NCBI RefSeq assembly: GCF_009914755.1
Contig: NC_060928.1
Length of the DNA: 64,000 nucleotides
Source: the human T2T-CHM13v2.0 reference genome, Homo sapiens
Reading direction: 5' to 3' (one strand)
Part shown: piece by piece, positions 51,747 through 64,000 of the stretch
Layout of the letters: each line of letters opens with the position of its first letter
How positions within the stretch are numbered: the first letter of the stretch is position 1
Notes under the pieces: generated by a model
Seen by the model: the letters and a program-made list of their open reading frames with translations, nothing else
The model's database searches: none
Told to the model about the DNA's origin: nothing
Made by a program: the position numbers and the translations under genes

Positions 51747-52097
51747 GATTTGAAGTAGTTCAATATGTTAATGGAAAGCAGGCAGCAGGATGGGTGTGCT
51801 TAACTAGAATGCTGGCAGAAGAGAAAGCCATCTTTTCTATGAGAGATCTACAGTCAATCTTGTCATAAAATAATAAGACAGAGCAATCAAGTCTCTTAGA
51901 ATATCATGCTTTAACTTAAAAATACACACAAATTCTAGGTAATAAAATGTTTTATGCCTACTACTATCTCTGGAATATAGCAGTACTTCTATTCTAAATA
52001 TACTTTTGTTATTGTAATTTAAGGAATGAATCATTCTAACAAAGTTTTTGTTCAATCCACATTTAAGTTTTATGCTTTAAGTACATTAAACACTTGT

Positions 52098-52185
52098 TGT
52101 GATGGGTAATTTTATGTGTCAACTTGACTGTCCTAAATGATGCCCAAATGATTGTTAAAACATTATTTCTGGTGTGTCTGGGAAA
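52098..52185 (+). mobile_element. MLT2 LTR 5' fragment
   Basis: tgtgatgggtaattttatgtgtcaacttgact...aaacattatttctggtgtgtctg. Confidence 0.75.
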
Positions 52186-52406
52186 TAGCTTATGTACGGT
52201 CTGTGTCTGTCAGGCAAAGTAAGCATCATAGATGAGGTGAATCAGTGCAGAGGCTCCAAATACCACAGATAACAAAGAACTGATGACTAGGCTATTTTGA
52301 TTTTGTTTCACAAGGCAACTCTTCAGGGATTCACCTTTAAACTCCCAAAAAGGAGGAATATAGAACAGGAAGACACAGTTATTGACAATCAGCCTTGGGA
52401 GCCTTA

Positions 52407-52661
<255 letters not shown>

Positions 52662-53263
52662 CTAGATATTTCTTTACAAACACTGCTGCTTGGGCTATAG
52701 CTGCAGATGTAGGGGGTAAGTAAATAGGCAATAATTGTCTTCTGTAATGCTGGAAACATGCCAAAGCAACCACTGGCTTCTATCATTGAACCACCCTTTA
52801 ACTCCTGCTTCTGGATTCACTAAGCCCTAGGCTGCCTCCTATCCCACAGCCCACCCCTGCAACACACAGGCCAGCTCAGAACAGCCATGTGTATTCCCAG
52901 GGGAGTTTCCCTATCAGTGTGTGTGTTTGAGTCTGTGTATGTGTGGTTGTGATTTATTCAGATATAAGCTTCTTTTTGACTTCTGTAGTTTCTCCAGGGT
53001 AAATATAAAAATAATGATTTAACAGCCTAACTGATTGAATGCTATTATGTAATACTAGCTCTTTTTAATAATCTTTGTCAAGTATATCTTTCCATTTCCA
53101 ACCTTCCTATATCCTTGCATGTAATATATACTGCATTTCCTATATACACATAAAGCTGGGGTTTTTTTTCTTAATTTAATGATTTTTTCCACTATGTGAC
53201 TTTCTGTATTTTTTCATAAGTCTAATCTCTTTGCAATTATTTTTATTGCATCTATATTTGAAT

Positions 53264-53635
<372 letters not shown>

Positions 53636-53959
53636 TAATTTGCCAAAGTTTCTCTTTGCTCTGCAGTTGTTATTACTGTTGGTATTATTACTTGCAACAT
53701 GTTGTTAAAGTAACTACTGAGAAACTTTTGTTCAACAAGAAGGAAAACAGAAACAATGAAAGAGCAGAGGAAACATTAAGCAGCACTAAGTCACTTAATC
53801 ATTTGTCCTTCAGTTAACTTCTGGAAAATAAGGAGTTAAAGCCAAGCAATGTCAAAACTAATGTCTATTTCTCAAAGGTTATTATTTCTCTAATAAAGGC
53901 TAAAATTTGGAAACAAACTAATATAGTTTATCAGAGAAATTGAGATTTGTCTAACAGGC

Positions 53960-54110
53960 ATAAGAAATTTAAACTTGGATGTAATTGTAACACTTAGTAA
54001 CCATGTGCTTTTTAGCAAATTGTTTTATCTCTCTGATTCTTTCCAGTCTCAAATGTAAAATACTAATGATCATACTCGTGTGAGGGTTTATAAAGCTGTA
54101 AGTGACATTT
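53960..54110 (+). mobile_element. MIR fragment
   Basis: cacttagtaaccatgtgcttttagcaaattgttttatctctctg...tcaaatgtaaaat...tgtgagggttt. Confidence 0.55.
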
Positions 54111-56569
54111 TAATGTAAGAAAAACAGATTGAAAAGCTTGGGAACATGATGCAAGTAGATTCCAGATGTTTAGGATGGAATAATATTATATGGGATTATG
54201 AATGTTAAAACTATGTGTCACAGAGATGGCAAGTCTTTGGAAAATGTTCCTGTCTATGACAATTTTACTTGGAATTTCCAGCAATTAATTAATTGAAAAA
54301 AGAGCAGAATTCCTTATCAGTATTGGTATTGTTGGGGTTCTTCTAAAGTAATTATACGCATTGGGTTGTTAATAAAAATTTTAAATATGTAATATAATTT
54401 AGGGTTTCTTTAGTCAATATTGTTTTTAAATCTGATTTGTGTACAACAATTAAATCACTTTTTGAATCTGTTAAATTTTATCACTGTAGCTTCTTCTATC
54501 AGGACTCTACTTATGCTCTTACTATAGTCAAATGTTAAAAGCAACCAATTAAATAATAAAATTAACATTTTAAAATATTTTAATATATTACATATATTAT
54601 ACATTAGTACAACTTTATGAGATAAGATGGGATGTTGTATCGACTAAAAATCTTTCACTTTCCAAATAAAAATCAATAGACCTTGTAATTAAGCATAGTA
54701 TAAATAGGTGTCATGAAACTGATATCACATTCTTGCCATTGATGTGATGCTTTCAGTTACAAATAATAGGTTTCATATCTTTCCCTTTTCATTTTGATTA
54801 TAGAAACACTTTTTAATGTTGTTGGACTTGAGACTTATTTGTAACCAATTTTTTCTGAACTCTCCAAGAAAGCCACATTATAATTCTATTTCATACATAT
54901 TAGCTATCTCAGCTGTGAAGAGATGCATAGGCTTTTACATTTCATTTAAATACAATAAACAACCTTTTATAAAACTATCAGTTTAGCTCTGACAGTATAC
55001 TGGCTCAATGAGTAAAGGGGTCTGTTATTTCTGTGGTGCTAAGTTTCTCTGAAGTTTCTCTGATCTAAATGAACTCCATTCTCCTTGTTAAATCTGAAGG
55101 ACAAAGGGTCACAGAGATTGAACTCAATTGGAAAAAAATTAAACTGATTTTACTTTCAGTTAATATAATGTGGCATGGAGCTGGCATTTAATTCCCATTT
55201 GTTTACAAACACCAGACAATATACAGCTTCTGAAATGTCAGGAGGGACTCCTCTTAGAAAAGGGAAATAAATAAAAAGGAAAGTAAAAGTCTCTTTCATC
55301 CTTTTCCATTTCTTTACTCAAATTGTGACATTCTAACTCATTTTACCAAATTCAAATTCTCTGTGTTGAAAAAAAAATTTGAAAGCAAACATTTATTTCA
55401 CAAAATAGATCCATAAAATTAAGGGACTGTCTAAATGGATAGTATAGTATTAATCTATAATTGTTAGATGACGTTGGAAATTACATTATTCATCTTTATT
55501 TTAGTAATGTGGTTAATTGTTTTTCCTGCAAATAATGCTAGAAGCTAGCATTCTCTGTGGAGAAATTAGGGACTAGGGGAGAAGTGAATGAAACCCCCAA
55601 AACGAACAGTAGATAAACCTTTCAGTTCCTCACAGGTGTGGCAGAAATAGTTGGCCACAACAAATTAAAAAGGAATAAGACTACTGTACTCTATGAGTAG
55701 CCTCTTACTACTTCTTTGCTACCCTACAACATCCTTCAAGTGAATGTTTTCAATATAGAAGTGAAAAAAGTTTATGCAATTTCCTAGATAGAACTTTTAG
55801 CTTCAAATGTTCTAGGTTGGAAAATGGATTAAAGCCCAGTGATGAAAGAAAATATTTCCTAGAGCACTGAACAATGTTCTGAGATTACTTTGTAAAGTAT
55901 CCTATCTCCTCATCTCTTATACTTCAATTTGTCTCAAACATCTTCTAAGATTTTTTCATAACTAATGCACTGATAGATCATAGGATATAATCCCAACTGG
56001 TAAAGTTAAAGTGAAAAAGAAAAAAATATGTCAACTTATTGAAAAAAATAAAGCCTATTTGGTTAGTCATGTCATATAATCTTAATTTTAGCAACGAGGC
56101 AGATTTATTTTTAGATGTTTAATTCTAATAAGTGACTTTTGTTTTAAAAATGTCTTTTTGAAAATTGTTATCTTTGTGAGATCACTCAAATCTTAATTAA
56201 ATCAACATTTTTTTACATCCTGATCTCAGAAGGGTTGAAGCAATTTTGAAACTTCATGAGAGATTTTTAGGAAAATAAAATACATTAAAATAAAGAAATT
56301 CTTGATGTTATTTATGTAATCCAAATAAAATATATTGTGGAGAATAGTTTTTATTACTAAAACTTCCTATGCTATGATTCTAGACGTAGAAAATATACCA
56401 AATCACTGAGTTCCACCCATTTTGTCTTGTTAACAACATGTGCAAAAACACATTTGAGTCTTGAAATGAAGAAAGATGTCATAATTTTTAAGAATCTTCT
56501 TTTGACTTCACATTTCAAATAATTAATCTTTATATTTATGTTATGTGTTAAATTCAAAGAGTGTTTTGA

Positions 56570-56700
56570 AATTCAACTTACTTCCAACAATAACACTTTA
56601 TTATGATCATTATTATCCCCACTCTACCAAGGAGGAATCCGAGTCTCTATCAGGGTAGCTGATTGAACCTAGGCCCTGCAGCTTGAACGTGGTAATCGGT
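56570..56700 (-). mobile_element. MIR fragment
   Basis: ttattatccccactctaccaaggaggaatccgagtc...cctaggccctgcagct. Confidence 0.55.
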
Positions 56701-56839
56701 GCTCCATCATGTGGCCCCATTTATTTTCCTGGGACCAAGGGTTTGGAAGTCAAGTCAAATAAATAGGTCCTTCTTTCTGACAAAAGATATAAGACAGATA
56801 AGTGATTATAAATAATGATCTATCCTCCAGAATCTATAA

Positions 56840-57200
56840 TTTATTGTTGCCTCACTGCACTGTGGAACATCCTTTCTAAAGAGTCCTGACATGACCTTTA
56901 AAGCTCCATTTCATTTCCTAATTTGCAACTTTGTACCATGTTCCAAGGTTACAGCAATTTTAGTTCACCTTTATATACTTAACCTTAATCCTCAAAGCAG
57001 GGCATTTTGCCAGGTAATTAAGCCTAGGGCTGCGTCCAGGCTTGTCCTCTATTTTGTGTCTGAGATTGGAATCCCCTCAAAACCCTACATCCTTGATGGG
57101 ATTGCAGATCACCAACCCAGATCACAGCTTCCTTTAGGGAAATTTTTTTTAGGACCCTTGATACATTTTTGGGCTACAAGATGAGCCTCAATTAGAATCA
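56840..57200 (+). mobile_element. L2 fragment
   Basis: cctcactgcactgtggaacatcc...catgacctttaaagctcc...agggcattttgc...cagcttcctttaggga. Confidence 0.45.
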
Positions 57201-57849
57201 TCTCTAACTTTCAAAAGATTCTGATAAAATAAATTGTCAAGGAGAAATAGACCATAATTTTATTCATTTCTTTCAATAAAATCCTCCTAATACATATTCT
57301 AATATATTATCCCTTCCCATATATTAATGCATACCAATAGTTAAGAGGGGTGATACAACTTTCAAGAAGCCAGGATAGATTCTCTTATTCGGGATAGTAA
57401 GTTTCTACTGACTTCATGTTTTTGCAAATGAGACTTCATGTTGTGTTTCCTGTCATAAAAAGAAAAATAAGTACTGGTACAAGATGCCTTGCTTGAACAA
57501 TTGCACAGTAGGCAATAGCAATTGATACTATTGTTATTAATTCAGCACTACTGCCAAACCCAAGCTAATAATTGTTGAAAAAGGACAAAATTCCAGGCTA
57601 TGAGAACAAACTGAAATCAGAAAACATGCTCATTAATTTAATAATTGATTGTATTTCATTATTTTATTATACACATTTTCAAAGTTGGAAACATTTTCTA
57701 GACATTCTGTATACCCATCATCTAAATCCTATCTTCATTGTACTATGTTTGATTTATCATATATTTATCCATGTATTCATCCATTGACCAAATTTAAGTT
57801 TTTTTATGCATTTCAAATGACATTTTTAAGAAACGATATGACCATTTTT

Positions 57850-61060
<3,211 letters not shown>

Positions 61061-61964
61061 TTGTTTTATAAATTAATTATTATTTTGTGGAATATAGCAT
61101 ACATTCCAAGCTCCTTGTATGTGAAACAATTGCATCACATCTTGAAAACTGTGAATACGATGTTACTCCACAAATTGTTGATTTTTTTGCTTTGTGTGTT
61201 TAGCAGGCATTTAGCTTTGTCTTACAGGCAGCTACACAAATACCAGGTTAGTTATTTTATCGATAGCCGGAAGTTGTCTCTTGTATCCATGGTTCCCATG
61301 TAAGTCAGAAATTCAGCATAGATTATATGCAGAATTTGGGGCTTCTTCACCTTGGCTCATGCCTCTCTCAGATTCACCCTTCATTTTATAATATAAATGG
61401 TTGCTTAAACTCTATCCTCTGTTTCTTTAGGCTGGAAAGGCTTCATTTTCTATCATTATTTTGACCATCATTTTTGTACCACAGAGGTCTTCCTTAAAGA
61501 CTAAAGCCAGTGAGCAATAGCAAACCTATGCCTAGCCGTTTTCTCCTATGAATATTTGACTTCCCTCTGTAATCTACTGCCTTTGTTCACTCTCCAGTGC
61601 CTTTGTGTTTTGTTCAGAATGATCAGTGTGAGGTTGGGTCTAGTAGGAACTTACTCAACCATACCAGAAGTGGAACCCTCAATATTTTAAATTTAAAAAC
61701 AGATACATATGTAACTCATTGTACTGATATTCTTATTGTTTATGGAAGTTTAGTTGTATTGAGAGAAGAATAGAATACACATGGGAGACTTATTCTTAAT
61801 GGAAGTTTTAATAGTGAAACATTTCAGGATTCAAAAAGAAAGCAGATGTTGTCATTTGACTAATTATTGTATATGTGACTCAATTACTAATTTCCATTCA
61901 TGTAACTGGTGTTGGGAGATTTTTACTTCTTATTTCCAGCAATATTGTATAGATTAATCAAGCA

Positions 61965-62723
61965 CAGGAATTGGCAAGCTGTGTGGTTTTCAGATTAAAT
62001 CTGTCCCACTAGGTGGTTTTGCAAACAAAGTTTAATTTACACACAGCTACATTTATATATTGTCTATGAATGCCTTTGCTCTATATTAGCAGAGTTGAAT
62101 AGCTGTGACAGAGATCATAGAGCCTGAAAAATTTAAAATATCTATTCTTCATAGAAAGCCAAAAATAATTACTCTTTGTATAAACATTATGTGATACAGG
62201 TTTTCCGTGCACTGGTTACCACTTCAGCTCATTTCTTCTTGGGCTTCAGCTCACTGCACTTTTACTACTAGCCCGAGTCCAATGAGACAGAACACTCACT
62301 CATACCACAAGTTACATGAAGTTGGTTTATTACTTCCAGATAGGAAGCAAGGGACAACAGAAGCCTAGGATTCATGATGAGCTGGTTCCCCACCACTCCA
62401 TCTGCTAAAGGCAGATAGAGTCTTACTGCTGTGCCCCACTTGCAGCACACCTGAGGGACCCCAGAAAGCGGACAGAATTGGGTTTTATACCTTGGGGATC
62501 TCATGGCATAGTAGGCCATGAAGAAGAACATTCTGTTTCTAGGAAGGAAAGGAACAGAATGAGGCTGCTCCAGTGAGTTCCTCCATATCTCAGGATGTTG
62601 CATTCCAGCACATTCTTCAGTTATTTTGGAAGACTACAAGTGAGAAAGTGGGGAGAACTGGGTGAGTTCAAGGCCATCAGGAGAGTTATCCTGCACATTA
62701 TGGAAAAGGTATGCTAAACACAG
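61965..62723 (+). mobile_element. MER58A-like hAT-Charlie MITE split by an LTR
   Basis: caggaattggcaa...tatattgtctatg...gcagagttgaatagctgtgacagaga...; the 3' end gaaaaggtatgctaaacacag resumes after 62700. Confidence 0.75.
62190..62695 (-). mobile_element. ERVL solo LTR (LTR42/LTR32-like)
   Basis: The minus strand begins tgcaggataactctcc...gaatgtgctggaatgcaacatcctgagata. Perfect TSD catta (62185-62189 / 62696-62700). Confidence 0.8.
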
Positions 62724-62983
62724 TCTAGAATGTAGTGTAAACTTCCTAAGTGATTTTTGTGCCAACTTGAAGAGTCCAGAGCATGTGCAAATGGTTGCAG
62801 CTTACAGAGTGGTGGCAGACAATGTTTCTCTCTAATGAGAAAGCAATCATATAATAGTTTACTTAGCTTTGCTAGTCTCTCCCCAGCCATTACATTGTTA
62901 ATCAGAAGGTTGTTTTATTTTACCATAATTATTGTCCAATTTTATTGTAATTATTTCCAGTGTTTATAAAATGCGATTAATAA

Positions 62984-63722
62984 TGATATGGAAAGGAGGC
63001 AGGGAAGTGCTGGGAAGGGAAGGGCGTGGTCCCTGGCTAGGGTTCCACATCTGAGCCTGTGCCCATGGACCTAGGTGAGGACAGGCACTCCTGCCTTTGT
63101 GCCCAAATGTTGCTTATCCCAAGACCATCCTGGCCCACCACACCCCCATCCTGTGCCTATAAAAACCCCGAGACCCTAGTGGGCACGCACACAAGCACCT
63201 GGACGTTGAGACGAACACACTGGCAAAAGAACACACAAGCGGCTGGACGTCGAGAGGACGCCAAGAGCACACCGACAGGCACCGGCAGGCCAGCTGGCCG
63301 TTGACCAGTGGAACTACATGGAGTTTGTCCTGGACGATTAGAGGGGAGCCCGGCCACTGAGTAGCCCGACTCCAGGGGAAAACTACGGTCCCACTCCATT
63401 TCCTTTCTGGTTCCCCCATCCGCTGAGAGCTACTTCCACTCAATAAAACCTTGCACTCATTCTCCAAGCCCCCGTGTGATCCGATTCTTCCGGTACACCA
63501 AGGCAAGAAACCCCCGGATACAGAAAGCCCTCTGTCCTTGTGATAAGGCAGGGGGCTGTAATAGAGCTGACTAACACAAGCGGCCTACGGATGGCAAAAC
63601 TAAAAGAGCACATGGTAACACACACCCACTGGGGCTTCAGAAGCTGTAAGCATTCACCCCTAGATGCAGTCCTAAGGTTGAAGCCCCACAATCTGCCCTT
63701 CTGCATGCTCCCCGTAGAGGTT
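62984..63722 (+). mobile_element. LTR1-family (HUERS-P2) LTR, 3'-truncated, CpG-rich
   Basis: gggaagtgctgggaagggaagggcgtggtccctggctagg...ggacctaggtgaggacaggcac...acacaagcggctggacgtcgagagg. TATAAAAA at 63158 and AATAAA at 63442, with no terminal ...tttca. Confidence 0.9.
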
Positions 63723-64000
63723 GGATTTAAACAGAACAAAGCAAATTAAAAGCAGAACGAGAGAAGAAAACATATCTTAAATGTTCATCATCATTAGAGT
63801 GAATTTTTGAGGTCGACCAGGAAGAAGAAAAATAATGTTTTTAACACTTTGTATAAGTCTTAGAGGTGTAGTAGTACTCTTTTGAGGATGGGCATGAGCA
63901 CAGGCTTTATAAGACATATGCAGATTGTGGTGAGTGTTACAGTTGCTCACATATGAAACTCAACACAGATCATTTTTGTTTTAGGCTTTTTAGTGAGTTT

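Noticed and set aside
63059-63749. Cluster of overlapping ORFs on both strands
   Set aside because: A by-product of the GC-rich LTR1 sequence.

Overview
This is AT-rich primate genomic DNA, most likely human or another catarrhine, and it looks intergenic or deep-intronic. I recognise no intact protein-coding gene, RNA gene or CRISPR array. The ORF-track hits are repeat-derived (Alu, L1 ORF1, Tigger2 transposase, LTRs) or chance. Roughly half the window is transposon relics: AluJ/S and monomers, old L1M pieces, L2/MIR, many solo LTRs, a two-LTR ERVL (LTR16/ERV3-16A3-type) provirus nested in an L1, a near-full-length Tigger2 and a MER58A. Repeat subfamily names come from my recollection of consensus sequences and need RepeatMasker/Dfam confirmation. 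I cannot support a new biological system here. The most interesting signals are rearrangement footprints read directly from the sequence: (1) a ~0.9 kb exon-like cassette bracketed by ~206-bp direct repeats (43086-44400), possibly a decayed two-exon signal-peptide/TM gene; (2) two inverted Alus of different subfamilies sharing an identical 32-bp deletion, suggesting gene conversion; (3) a recent 32-bp templated copy inside an ancient ERV; (4) an L1PA insertion with a probable 3' transduction; (5) a probable twin-primed old L1; (6) a THE1D/Tigger2 deletion fusion; and (7) a CpG-rich, 3'-truncated LTR1.
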